Made by a program: the position numbers and the translations under genes
Part shown: one piece after another, positions 24,681 to 36,527 of the stretch
Layout of the letters: each line of letters begins with the position of its first letter
Position numbering within the stretch: position 1 is the first letter of the stretch
NCBI GenBank assembly: GCA_951406725.2
Contig: OX597814.1
Coordinates: 6,324,001 to 6,388,000, forward strand
DNA length: 64,000 nucleotides
Direction of reading: 5' to 3'
Source of the DNA: Octopus vulgaris
Taxonomy: Eukaryota
The notes under the pieces: model-generated
What the model was told of the DNA's origin: nothing
The model's database searches: none
What the model saw: only the letters and a program-made list of their open reading frames with translations

Positions 24681-25519
24681 ACAGAATAATAAAGGACAAA
24701 ATATTGTTAGAAGAGAGAAGAAAGGTAAGAAACTTGGAAGCATTCTGTGAGGTGAGAAGAGACAGAGAGACAGACCAAAGAAGGAGAGCTTTCGGAAAAA
24801 GACATCATGCATTAGACATTCCGACAGGGATACAATCTACAATCTACAGATAGTTGGATTGGAAACGGATTACCATGTCCATTCTTCATGAAATGTTCAT
24901 GTAGGTCTCAGGTTTCCAGCAACAATGGGAAACAGGGAGGGTTGGTAAAGCTAGTGTAGCAGAAAGACAAACATTGGTGGTTGCACTTTAAAATAAGCCA
25001 GATTATTATACTGAACAGAAAGACAAACTAATTTGAATATCTGAGGACTTCTATGTTAATACTTTTCAAAGGACTTCAGATATAACAACACATTTCTAAA
25101 GAAGTTACTGGGTTCAAAAGTAACTGAGCTGTTAAATTCTATAATTATTTACAACAATCAGTCATTTACTGATTGGAGGGTATTGATCGATCATTTTATC
25201 TACTTTACAGAGAAATACTTTTAGTTTTACCATGTTGCTGAAGAGGTCACAAATGGCAATGAAGGGATTTTGGCAAACACAACAGACTGATTGATAAACC
25301 AAATGATTAATCAAACAACTGATTAGTTGGTAGATTAAATTACTAAGCAATTGACCCCCCAAAAATAAAGAAGTGAAACAGAAACAGTGTGTGTGTTTAA
25401 TATTGGCATACTGACCCTCCCAAGATAAGTATCGTGTGTGTGTGATCAGTAAATCATAAATCTGAAAGAGGAGCACACTAAGTTATAGAGTAATTAAATA
25501 TAGTTATGACCAGTTTATG

Positions 25520-25890
25520 AGGTTACCCTAGGTCCCATGTCCATAAAGCATTTAGCTTTACAATGTTACTTCAGGCCCTAAAGGCCCGTGGCCAATAACC
25601 TCTATTCAAAGTGGAGGGAGAAAAGACCTTGTAGCTACTTGTTGAACACTTGGACAAAGGGTTAAGCACAAGGGGCTGTCGGCCTTAGACTGCTACCCAT
25701 AATTGACGTGGTCTGCTTGTGGATTCCAGGACTTCAGTGGGAATCTTTTGAAATGTTAGCAGGGTCTGAAGACTTCCATTCAGGAATTTAAGATCTTCCC
25801 TGGATTGAGGGAGTTCTGATCAGTTATGCACAGCTTGCAGTGCTTGCTCCTGTTGATGTAGGGGCCGGGTTTTTCAAGGATCTTCCATGA
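25520..25890 (-). mobile_element. Penelope-like GIY-YIG C-terminal remnant + 3' flank
   Basis: The minus strand reads SWKILEKPGPYINRSKHCKLCITD..ILNS*MEVFRPC*HFKRF, matching the W.IL..PY..C.LC..LN...C.H pattern of PLE endonuclease ends. Confidence 0.6.
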
Positions 25891-25914
25891 GGTTACGTGT
25901 GTGTATATACATAC

Positions 25915-26132
25915 ATCATCATCATCATCACCGTTTAACGTCCGTTTTCCACGCTAGCATGGGTTGGACGGTTCGACCAGGGTCTGGGAAGCCAGGAGGC
26001 TGCACTAGGCTCCAGTCTGATCTGACAGTGTTTCTACAGCTGGATGCCCTTCCTAACGCCAACCACTCCATGAGTGTAGTAGGTGCTTTTTATGTGCCAC
26101 CAGCACAGGTGCCAGGGGAGGCTGGCAACGGC

Positions 26133-26174
<42 letters not shown>

Positions 26175-26689
26175 ATCAAATCAAATCAAACCAAATCAAA
26201 ATAGATGAACATCAATGGAATTTGTATCCTTGTGGTACCAGTGCCGGTGGCACATAAGAAAACCATCCGAACGTGACCGTAGCCAGTACCGCATCGACTG
26301 GCCTCCGTGCTGAGGGCACGTAACAAACACCATCCGAGCGTGGCCGTTCGCCAGCCTCGTCTGGCACCTGTGTCGGTGGCACATAAGAAAACACCATCCG
26401 AGCGTGGCCGTCTGCCAGCCTCGTCTGGCACCTGTGTCGGTGGCACATAAAAAACACCATCCGAGCGTGGCCGTCTGCCAGCCTCGTCTGGCACCTGTGT
26501 CGGTGGCACATAAAATCACCCACTACACTCACGGAGTGGTTGGTGTTAAGAAGGGCATCCAGCTGTAGAAACACTGCCAGATCTGACTAGCCTGGTGCAG
26601 CCTTCGGGCTTGCCAGACCCCAGTTGAACCGTCCAACCCATGCTAGCATGGAAAGCGGACGTTAAACGATGATGATGATGATGATGATG
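25915..26689. mobile_element. Head-to-head RTE 3' ends (25915-26131 minus; 26185-26689 plus, with three ~60-bp tandem units)
   Basis: (CAT)n on the left and (GAT)n on the right; unit caccatccgagcgtggccgt..gccagcctcgtctggcacctgtgtcggtggcacataa. Confidence 0.9.
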
Positions 26690-26715
26690 ACACACACACA
26701 CACACACACACACAC

Positions 26716-26936
26716 ATGAATGGGTGTTGTAAAGTTCCAGGCTTTAGGTAAAAGAAAATAAAGGAGGAATAGTTAATTATGATTTTATTCAACATATTCC
26801 GCTCTCAGATTCACACACTTACTGCAGCAGTCCTTCAGTTTTTCTAAGCCCTGAAAAACAACTCAGAAGGTTGGGCCTTCCAACCAAGCCTTTTGGTGAT
26901 ACCCTTAAAGCCAGGAGCTTTCCAATACCCCTCATA
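26716..26936. mobile_element. Tc1/mariner-type MITE
   Basis: Imperfect TIRs atgaatgggtgttgtaaagttccaggcttta / taaagccaggagctttccaatacccctcata. Confidence 0.55.
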
Positions 26937-27026
26937 TAGACAGAGAGACAGATAAGACAAATTCTAGAAGTTAAGTGACTGCTAGAGATTCCATCATTTG
27001 CTAGGATACAGTGGAATATATATATA

Positions 27027-27215
27027 TCATCGTCATCATCATCATTTAGCGTCCGCTTTCCATGCTAGCATGGGTAGGACGGTTCAACTGGGGTCTGTGA
27101 AGCCGAAAGGCCGCATCAGGCCCAGTCTGATCTGGCAGTGTTTCTAGGGCTGGATGCCCTTCCTAATGCCAACCACTCCGTGAGAGTAGTAGGTGCTTTT
27201 TACGTGCCACCCGCA
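27027..27215 (-). mobile_element. RTE 3'-end copy
   Basis: Canonical tail and ggatgcccttcctaatgcc core. Confidence 0.9.
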
Positions 27216-27232
27216 CATATATATATATATGC

Positions 27233-28053
27233 AAGAATAAGAATAACCTGAGAAAAAGTTCAGAGAGCTCTTACCTCTGTTGGTGACAAAGGGCCTCTTG
27301 TTCAGAGTAAAAGGTAGACTGTATGACACGTGTGTGAACAGCCATGCTACATGGCAATGAAACATGGGCCGTGACTGCTGAGAACATGTGTAAGCTTGCA
27401 AGGACTGAAGCTAGTATGGTCCACTGGATGTGTAATGCCAGTGTAAGCAAACCGAGAGAAAAGTTGGACACAAGAAGCATCAGAGGTGGTGTACAAGAGA
27501 GAAGACTGTGCTGGTATGGTCATGTGATGTGTATGGATGAGGACAGCTGTGTGAAAAAGTGTCACACCCTAACAGTGGAGGGAACCTGTGGAAGAGGTAA
27601 ACCCAGGAAGACCTGGGATGAAGTGGTGAAGCACGACCTTCGAGTGTTGAACTTCACAGAGGCAATGACAAGTGACCAAGACCTTTAGAGATATGCTGCG
27701 CTTGAGAAGACCCAGCAAGCCAAGTGAGACTATGACCGTGACCTATGCCAGTGTAGCATAACTGACCCATTTAAGAGTACCCTTCAATCATTGGGCAATA
27801 AGCTGTCCTTGAAAAGGCCTGTTGAGTCAAGTGAAATCATTGTACTGCTTGACTGGCACCCATGCCGGTGGCACGTAAAAAGCACCCACTACACTCTTGC
27901 AGTGGTTGGCATTAGGAAGGGCATCCAGCTGTAGAAACATTGCCAGATAAGACCGGAGCCTGGTGCAGCCTTCTGGTTTGCCAGCTCCCAGTCAAATCAT
28001 CCAACCCATGCCAGCATGGAAAGTGGACGCTAAACGACGATGATGATGTTGAT
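27233..28053 (+). mobile_element. RTE LINE 3' end (ORF C-terminus + 3'UTR + tail)
   Basis: KFRELLPLL..LHGNETW..ERRLCWYGHV..GRGKPRKTWDEVVKHDL, then a UTR ending gctaaacgacgatgatg. Confidence 0.92.
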
Positions 28054-28073
28054 GATATATATATATATATATA

Positions 28074-28338
28074 TCATCATTGTTGTTTAATGTCCGCTTT
28101 CCATGCTGGCATGGGTTGGACGGTTTGACTGAACACTGGGGAGCCAGATGGCTGCACCAGATTGGAGCTTTGTGCCTCATGGAGGTAATGTGGCTGAGGC
28201 CAGCGCCATGTAACTGGCACCTGTTACACAATTGAAGTGGTTGGTGTTAGGAAGCCCACCCAGCTCCTCAGTTTACCAGCCCCGGTCAAACCATCCAGCC
28301 TATGCCAGCATCAACAACAGACGTTAAATGATGATGAT
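28074..28338. mobile_element. Small head-to-head pair of RTE tails
   Basis: Minus tail at 28074-28170 and plus tail at about 28235-28338. Confidence 0.75.
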
Positions 28339-28339
28339 T

Positions 28340-28511
28340 AGGCGCAGGAGTGGCTGTGTGGTAAGTAGCTTGCTAACCAGCCACATGGTTCCAGGTTCAG
28401 TCCCACTGCGTGGCATCTTGGGCAAGTGTCTTCTACTATAGCCCTGGGCCGACCAATGCCTTGTGAGTGGATTTGGTAGAGGGAAACTGAAAGAAGCCTG
28501 TCGTATATATG

Positions 28512-28549
<38 letters not shown>

Positions 28550-28778
28550 TGGATGTGTGTATATGTGTTTGTGTGTCTGTGTTTGTCCCCCTAGCATTGC
28601 TTGACAACCGATGCTGGTGTGTTTACGTCCCCGTCACTTAGTGGTTTGGCAAAAGAGACCGATAGAATAAGTACTGGGCTTACAAAGAATAAATCCCGGA
28701 GTCGATTTGCTCGACTAAAGGCGGTGCTCCAGCATGGCCGCAGTCAAATGACTGAAACAAGTAAAAGAGTAAAGAGTA
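28340..28778 (+). mobile_element. Full-length tRNA-SINE family A (CORE-like motif, central (TA)/(TG) microsatellite)
   Basis: A-box-like GTGGCTGTGTGGT, B-box-like GGTTCAGTCCC, CTTGGGCAAGT and an (AAAGAGT)n tail. Confidence 0.92.
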
Positions 28779-28788
28779 TCAGAGAGAG

Positions 28789-28819
<31 letters not shown>

Positions 28820-29854
28820 TAGATAGATAGATATAGAGAGAGAGAGAAAGAGAGAGAGAGAGCTAAATAGTAAATGAGAAACGAGAGCAAACTGAATTGA
28901 TCAGTTAATTAAATCTGGCAGCTGGATAGAGGTGGCATCTTCTGAAGGTTAACAGTTATTTAAGGAGTGGAAGAACTGGGACTGCACAGAGAAGAAAGTT
29001 AGATTTTCTAATGATGAAGTAAAGAACTGTGCAGTGCCAAGCAGAAGACCATTGCATCACACAATGTTTTTTTCACTTGTTGAAATCCACAGACGAAAAA
29101 AATAGCAACTTTATGTAATTTTAGAAATAGGAAGAATATGAAGTTTCTAAATTACATTTTGGAACTGGAAAGTCCTGTAATGAATAGTGACAGTGGTATT
29201 TTCGGCTAAAAGTTATTCATGAAAGAGTAAGTACGGTGAAATGGTTGATTACTACTGCCAGGCCATTAGGCCTATACTTGGGTGCCAACTGTAGACCTTC
29301 CATAAGAAATATTTAACAGTTTACTAATATCCAAATCTTCTTCATGTTCCTCAGTCTTATCAGCATTAGCTTCACTTTTCCAACAACCAATTCTGAATAA
29401 ATCAATACCCAGTGGACTCTGGGCCATGTTCTATCTTTGGAAAGAATCCTAGCAGGTCTTTACGTATGACAAGAGATAAAAGTAGCAGCGAAATTTCATT
29501 CGTATAACATCCTTACATCTTTAAAGTGGAGGTAACATTGGATGTGTGCTTTTGAATATGGTTTGTAGGCATAACAGATGGTGTGTTCACTTTCGAAGGA
29601 TTGGTTTGATCATAGGTTTACTGGATCAAAGTCTGTTTAATTATTTGAAATCTAATTGCATTTAATTAATAAATTTCACAAAGTATTTCCCTGAAATACA
29701 TAGGAGTCAATAGGAAGGAATAAGAGCGTTTAAGATCCTTGAGGATTAAGGGAAGAGAGCCAGGGGTGACCAGGTTCAAAGGGTACAGTCATGTACATAT
29801 GTATGTTTATTTATATATGTATTTGCATGCATGTGCACACACACAGCCATGCAC

Positions 29855-30040
29855 GTGTGTCTCTTGTTTTGTGATAGTTGTAAATGAGTGTCACTACCGT
29901 ATAAACATCATCATCGTTGTTAATTTCCAATCTTTCACAGAAACATGACCAGCAATGGATAAATATCCTTTTTGGAAATAGGTGAGTGTTGGTGACAGGA
30001 CAGGCATCCTGCCATACAAAACATGCCTCATGCACACACA
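29855..30040 (+). mobile_element. Old SINE body/tail fragment
   Basis: gatagttgtaaatgagtgtcac...ggtgagtgttggtgacaggacaggcatcc. Confidence 0.55.
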
Positions 30041-30506
30041 ATCGTTTTGTGGAAGCGATATTTGTGATGAAGTGTGTTTTGGTTTACCTCTCGTGAAAAT
30101 ATCTTTGTCTTTGTAAATGTATATTTGAACATTTCTTTGAACAAACTGTAAGATGAGTGTGAGTTCAAATTTGGCCACCAGTGGTTCATGTCAGGTCTGA
30201 AGAATCACTAAATGATGACAGTTTAAACATAAAGCGTACGTGTGGCTTGAAGAGTACAATCATGAGAAGAAAGGTGTCAGAAGCCAGGGACGGAATCAGC
30301 TTTTCATAGCCTCATAATCTCCATTAAGTATTCTTTGTGTCTGTATATTATATTTTGCATTAAATGTAAATGTGAGTGTGTGGATGGCTGGAAGGATGGA
30401 TCAGAAGATGGATAGATGGGTGGATGGATGGGAACATAGAAGATAAAAACATTATGAGGTAGATGAATTAAGGGATACTTAAATAGGTAGACAAACAGGC
30501 ATACAC

Positions 30507-30773
30507 ATCATCATCATCATCATCCTCATCATTTAACGTCCACTTTCCATGCTAGCATGGGTTGGACGATTTGACTGAGGACTGGTGAACCAGATAGCTG
30601 CACCAGGCTCCAATCTTGATCTGGCAGAGTTTCTACAGCTGGATGCCCTTCCTAATGCCAACCAGAGAGTGTAGTGGGTGCTTTTAACGTGTACTGGCAC
30701 GGGGGCCAGTCAGGCGGTACTGGCAATGACCTTGCTCGAATCTTTTTACACATGCCACCGGCACAGGTGCCAA
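30507..30773 (-). mobile_element. RTE 3'-end copy
   Basis: Canonical tail plus sub-repeats. Confidence 0.9.
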
Positions 30774-31711
30774 GTTAAGAAATGTTAAAGCATCAATAAG
30801 ACCAATATCATAAAATAATGGATGTTTAAATCTCAAGACACACACACACGTGTGTGTGTGTGTGTATGTGTGTGTGTGTGTGTATGTGTGTGTGTGTATG
30901 TGTGTGTGTATGTGTGTATGTGTGTGTGTGTGTGTGTGCATGCGTTATTTAGCTTTATGTTTATACAAGCAGAAAACAGAAGAACTGAAATGTTTCTACT
31001 TGCTAACCTAAAGATTTTTTGGATGTTCAAGACAGACATGTGAAGAATATATTCCATTTAAAATTTACTTCCAGATGTGTCTTCATTTCATCTTTCCCAC
31101 TCAAGCCATCACATACGATGTTAGAAGAACTTGAATCTAGACAGAGCACAGCTGTTGCTGTGTTAAATTCTCCCATTTTTAAGGAATTCTGATAATTCTG
31201 TTCCTACGTGTTCAAAATAGTTCTTCTGATATCAAATGAAAAGAAACCCATGTGAAATTATATTTGGCTTTCTTTTTACTTTCTAGCACTCTGACATAAA
31301 CATAGAATGGCTTTCTAGTTTTGTGAGAGAAAAAGTGAAGTATTGGTCATATTGAAAGAAGAGATGAAGTCTTTTGACCATTTTCTTTAATTATTCTTCA
31401 TTCTCACACAAGTACCAATATATGTTGCAGGAGAAAAATAGCTTTTATTCAAAGTAATTCTTGTTCTCATAAATATAAATGGTTTGGCTTAAGATAACAG
31501 AGAAACCAGCTCTAAATTTAATTGTATTAAAATTCAAAATGATGTGCCAAGAATTAGCATATCATCTGTTGAAACTGCTGGTTTTGGATTTAACTTTTAA
31601 ATGCCTGTCAATTACAGAGTTGTACCTATATATTTTTGAGAGAGAATCAAGCACATAAGTGTTGCCATTCTTGTGTAGAACAGAAACAGTGAACATAACA
31701 ATATAATGAAC

Positions 31712-32040
31712 ACGTGTCGGTGGCACGTAAAAAGCACCATCCGAATTGTGGCCGAAGCCAGTGCCGCATCAACTGGCTTCCGTGCCGGTGGCATGTAAAA
31801 TGCACCAATCCGACCGTGGCCGATGCCAGCCTCCCCTGGCACCAGTGCAGGTGGCACGCAAAAAGCACCCACTACACTCACGGAGTGGTTGGTGTTAGGA
31901 AGGGCATCCAGATGTAGAAACATTGCCAGATAAGACCGGAGCCTGGTGCAGCCTTCTGGCTTCCCAGACCCCAGTCGAACCGTCCAACCCATGCTAGCAT
32001 GGAGAACGGACGTTAAACGATGATGATGATGATGATGATG
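31712..32040 (+). mobile_element. RTE 3'-end copy
   Basis: Three sub-repeats plus the canonical tail. Confidence 0.9.
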
Positions 32041-32044
32041 ACAA

Positions 32045-32240
32045 ATAGGTCTGGTTGGAGATGACACGAGTAAAACTTGAAGGAAGAGGTAGACCCAGGA
32101 AGACATGGGATGAAGTGTTAAGGACCGATCTCAGGAAGTTGGACCTCACGGAGGAAGTGACCGTGGACCGAGATGTCTGATGATATGAAGTTCTTGAGAA
32201 AACCCGCTCACATCAGCAATACTGAGTTCTAGAAGCACTG
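32045..32240 (+). pseudogene. RTE ORF C-terminal fragment (different subfamily and 3'UTR)
   Basis: RGRPRKTWDEVLRTDLRKLDLTEEVTVDRDV* ...EKTR. Confidence 0.75.
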
Positions 32241-32837
32241 TGTAGAAACCTCACACATTCTACCACAACGAACCAAACTACATCCCTTATCTTCCTCACA
32301 TGTCCGCAATAGTACATTTATGTACTATGATTACCTCCCACTCCTCAATCTAAAGAACTAAATATGAGCAAGGAGTTGATCCGAGCATCATTACAATAAA
32401 TGTCTTAATTTTCTTCCCCCCCCTCTATAAACCATCATTTTCTTTCTTTCTCTCTCTCTTTTTTCTTGCTTTTATAGCATATTATTGTTTCTCTGTATTA
32501 TGCATCTGTATTATCAAGTGACAGGATTTCACCATAAAAAGCGTTATTTATTTATTCATCTTATTCTCTGCAAATAAAATAGCAAATCAATAAAACACTT
32601 TTTTTTTTCTTTCTGAAGGTTAACTGGAAACATTCAGAAACAATGGCAATAAAGATACGATACATTATTGTCTCTGTAACAGAGGCATTAGTGACTGGAA
32701 GTGTAATTAATGAGGCTTCAACCAACCTGCAACAAAAACTCAGGTGAAACCCATCATATGGAACTACTCCCATATCAGGGTCGGTCCTGCCTTTATACAT
32801 ACAAACATCCAGGACAGTGTCTTATATATATACAAAC

Positions 32838-33493
32838 TCTTACTCTCTTCTACTTGTTTCAGTCATTTGACTGTGGCCATGCTGGAGCACCATCTTTAGT
32901 CGAGCAAATTGACCCTAGGACTTATCCTTTGTAAGCCTAGTACTTATTCTATCGGTCTCTTATGACAAACTGCTAAGTTACGGGGACATAAACACACCAG
33001 CATCGGTTGCCAAGCGATGTTGGGGGGACAAACAAAGACACACAAACATACATACACACCAGCATATATATACATATACATGGTGGCAAGCTGGCAGAAA
33101 CGTTATCACACTGGGCGAAATGCGTAGCCGTATTCTGTCTGTCGCTACGTTCCGAGTTCAAATTCCGCCGAGGTTGACTTTGCCTTTCATCCTTTCAGGG
33201 TCAATAAATTAAGTACCAGTTACGCACTGGAGTCAATGTAATCGACTTAATCCCTTTGTCTGTCCTTGTTTGTACCTCTGTGTTTAGCCCTTTGTGGGTA
33301 GTAAAGAAATATATATACATATATATATATATATATGACAGACTTCTTTCAGTTTCCATCTACCAAATCAACTCACAAGGCTTTGGTTGGCCCAAGGCTA
33401 TAGTAGAAGACACTTGCCCAAGATGCCACACAGTGGGAATGAACCCGGAACCATGTGGTTGGTAAGCTACTTACCACATAGCCACTCCTACGC
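32838..33493 (-). mobile_element. tRNA-SINE family A split by a nested Meta-like SINE
   Basis: 3' half at 32838-33075 and 5' half at 33335-33493. Confidence 0.9.
33081..33311 (+). mobile_element. tRNA-SINE family B (Meta-domain-like)
   Basis: B-box-like GAGTTCAAATTCC; GCCTTTCATCCTTTC.GGGTC.ATAAATTAAGTACCAG resembles the MetaSINE central domain. Confidence 0.88.
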
Positions 33494-33505
33494 CTGTGTG
33501 TGTAT

Positions 33506-33945
33506 ATCATCATCATCATCATCATCGTTTAGCGTCCGCTTTCCATGCTGGCATGGGTTGGACGGTGCAACTGGGGTCTGGGAAGATAGAAGGCTGCACC
33601 AGGCCCAGTCTGATCTGGCAATGTTCCTATGGCTGGATGCCCTTCCTAACGCCAACCACTCCATGAGTGTAGTGGGTGCTTTTTACGTGCCCCGGCACGG
33701 AGGCCAGGGGAGGCTGGCAAACGGTCATGATCGGATGGTGCTTTTTACGTGCCACCAGCACGGAGGCCAGGGGAGGCTGGCAACGGCCACGATCGGATGG
33801 TGCTTTTTACGTGCCACCGGCACGGAAGCCAGTCAGGGCGGCACTGGCAACGGCCACGTTCGGATGGTTCTCTTATGTGCCACCAGCACTGGTATCACAG
33901 CTACAATTTCCATTGATGTTGATCGATTACGATTTTTGATTTTTT
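33506..33945 (-). mobile_element. RTE 3'-end copy with four sub-repeats
   Basis: Canonical tail plus a tgctttttacgtgcc array. Confidence 0.9.
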
Positions 33946-33954
33946 GATATATAT

Positions 33955-34237
33955 GTTAGTTAGTTAGTTAGTTAATTTGGCTCAAAAGCAAATAGCAAGG
34001 CCATGTAGGGGGACATGGAGTTATACAGGGTGGTGTTCATGTAAAGAGTTCAGGCCACTAGGTCCAGGGAGGCTTTGAACAAAGCGGTCGTCGGCATCTT
34101 CACCATCTCGTCTGGCAGCTTGTTCCACGGATCCGCAACCCGGACGGAGAAAGCTATTGAGATGAAATCGTCGCAGGTAGAGCTTTCGGAATGACCCCGC
34201 AGCCGACGCTCCGGAGCAGGAGTGAAGAACAGCTCTT

Positions 34238-34238
<1 letters not shown>
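33955..34238 (-). mobile_element. CR1-like LINE 3' end with an (AACT)n tail
   Basis: RRLRGHSE..FSVRVADPWNKLPDEMV..LFKASLD, a typical CR1 C-terminus. Confidence 0.8.
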
Positions 34239-34301
<63 letters not shown>

Positions 34302-34835
34302 TATATACAAAAAAAGAAAAAAGTCACCCAACAAACTGACAGAGTCACTGAGTGACACTTTCTGACTTTTGTGTCCTTCCTCTGCCTCCTACTCCAACTG
34401 CTGTTATTGCTACAACAATGGCCTATGCTCCTCAGAGGATCTCATGTTACATTCCCTCATCTCAACCCAACCAGTTTCAATTTTAGCTATTTTGCCAATA
34501 CTACTTCCCCTGCATTACATCCCTCTGGAATTCCTTTCACATATAATTTTATAATGAACAAGCAGAGTCAGAATGCTTGGAGAACAACAATTCGTCAACA
34601 AGATGTTTATCTGGCCTATATTAGCATAGAGAAATGTTAAAGAACTAACAGAGAAGCATATAAAGATGGCTCTTGTGAGATTTTACATTATGAAACAAAG
34701 GAGAGGCAAGCAGAATGTTTAAAGTATGAAGCAAGATGATAGAAAATGAATTTAAATAATTTTTATTGATGATATATAAATGCATCAGCACAGGCAGCAG
34801 CGGTAACCACCGCCACCACCATTGGCCCTTGAATA

Positions 34836-35066
34836 CCTATTTCTTTACTACTCACAAGGGGCTAAACACAGAGAGGACAAACAAGGACAGACAAACGGAT
34901 TAAGTTGATTATATCGACCCCAGTGCATAACAGGTACTTATTTAATCGACCCCGAAAGGATGAAAGGCAAAGTCGACCTCGGCGGAATTTGAACTCAGAA
35001 CGTAGCGGCAGACAAAATGTCGCTAAGCATTTCGCCCGGCATGCTAACGATTCTAGCAGCTCGCCA
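34836..35066 (-). mobile_element. tRNA-SINE family B
   Basis: Reverse complement of 33081-33311. Confidence 0.9.
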
Positions 35067-35660
35067 CATTTGAATATCTTAGCTGGGCACACTCTCTTCC
35101 AAGCAATCAGACTAATCCTTTTATCGTAATCAGAAATACAAAACTGATAATGATTTAGAATGCCATGGAAACAAGAGCAGGATTCAGAACTTTCAACTGA
35201 AAGACAATCTGGTAACAATTTTTAAGTTGCAGACAAACTTATTTTCTGAGAAGAAATTAGGATATTATTAATTCTGGTGTGATATTAGTTACGATTCCAC
35301 CTGGCAGGAATTTTGCAACAGCAGTGAAGAATGAATTGAAACCAGAAGTGTTATAGAAGTTGGGAATCAATTAGGGAATTAAGCTAATGGAACAGGAGAG
35401 AGAAGAAAGAGGTAATACATAGGTAGATGATGTGAATTAATGGCACATTGCAGTCTTGTAGGCCATTGGATCCACCCTGTTGAACAGTCCAACCCATGCC
35501 AGCAAGGAAAGCGGATGTAAAAGGATGACGATGATGATATTGAAAGAATTGAACCAGTAACATGTAATATTTTGACAATATTGAAACTATATCAAAATAA
35601 CTGAATAATTTCAGGAGGGTCGTTTCTGTTTTTGACAAATACACACACGCACTATACAGT

Positions 35661-35780
35661 TTTTTTTTCTTCACTCATTTATTACTGTTCTTATTTTATT
35701 ATTTTAACTCATGTCCACACAATGGACATGAGTTAAAATAATGAAAGAAGAATAGTAATGAAACAGTGAAAAAAAAAAAA
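35661..35780. repeat. Hairpin with a perfect 20-bp stem and 5-nt loop
   Basis: attattttaactcatgtcca-cacaa-tggacatgagttaaaataat, with an imperfect extension. Confidence 0.85.
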
Positions 35781-35794
35781 AAAATATTTATGCT

Positions 35795-36168
35795 TGAGGA
35801 GACCTATTGAGTCAAGTACATCAACATCAAAACATCAAATGGAAATTGTAGTTGTGATACCTGTGCCGGTGGCACATAAAAAGCACCATCCATACGTGGC
35901 TGATGCCAGCGACCCTTGACTGGCTTCCGTGCTGGTGACATGTAAAAAGCACCAAGTGATCGTGGCCGTTGCCAGCCTCCCCTGGCACCTGTGCCGGTGG
36001 CATGTCAAAAGCACCCACTACACTCACGGAGTGGTTGGTGTTAGGAAGGGCATCCAGCTGTAGAAACACTGCCAGATCAGACTGGGGCCTGGTGCAGCCT
36101 CCTGGCTTCCCAGACCCCGGTCGAACTGTCCAACCTATGCTAGCATGGAAAACAGACGTATGATGATG

Positions 36169-36170
<2 letters not shown>
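35795..36170 (+). mobile_element. RTE 3'-end copy
   Basis: Sub-repeats plus the canonical tail. Confidence 0.9.
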
Positions 36171-36208
<38 letters not shown>

Positions 36209-36210
<2 letters not shown>

Positions 36211-36496
36211 GAGGCGCAATGGCCCAGTGGTTAGGGCAGCGGACTCGCGGTCGTAGGATCGCGGTTTCGATTCCCAGACCGGGCGTTGTGAGTGTTTACT
36301 GAGCGAAAACATCTAAAAAAGCTCCACGCGGCTCCGGCAGGGGGTGGTGATCCCTGCTGTACTCTTTCACCACTCTTTCTTCTGTTGGCCTGCTCGCTTA
36401 GCCAGTGGGGTGGCGTCATTCGAAGGCTAAAACAATGCGAACGCATTATGACCAGCGATGTGTAGCAACATCTGATGGTCTGGTCGGTCACGTGAT

Positions 36497-36504
<8 letters not shown>
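36209..36504 (+). mobile_element. tRNA-SINE family C, tail type 1
   Basis: GGAGGCGCAATGGCCCAGTGGTTAGGGC (A box)...GGTTTCGATTCCC (B box); the tail ends (TCACGTGA)2. Confidence 0.88.

Positions 36505-36527
<23 letters not shown>

Noticed and set aside
26241-26520. CRISPR-like repeat/spacer pattern (hairpin repeat + ~35-nt linkers), also at 33670-33890, 41090-41480 and 53440-53910
   Set aside because: The linkers are homologous or identical to each other, the array lies in an RTE 3'UTR, there are no cas genes and the context is eukaryotic.
33387-33947. Recurrent ORFs containing LQLDALPNANH or LKAVLQHGRSQ
   Set aside because: Chance frames in non-coding RTE 3'UTR/SINE sequence that are not conserved between copies.
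32619-35211. Plus-strand exon candidates 32619-32743 and 35134-35211
   Set aside because: They have plausible splice signals and open frames, but incompatible phases and no recognisable homology.
36209-36285. tRNA gene
   Set aside because: The tRNA-like head lacks a closing acceptor stem and continues into a SINE body present in several copies.
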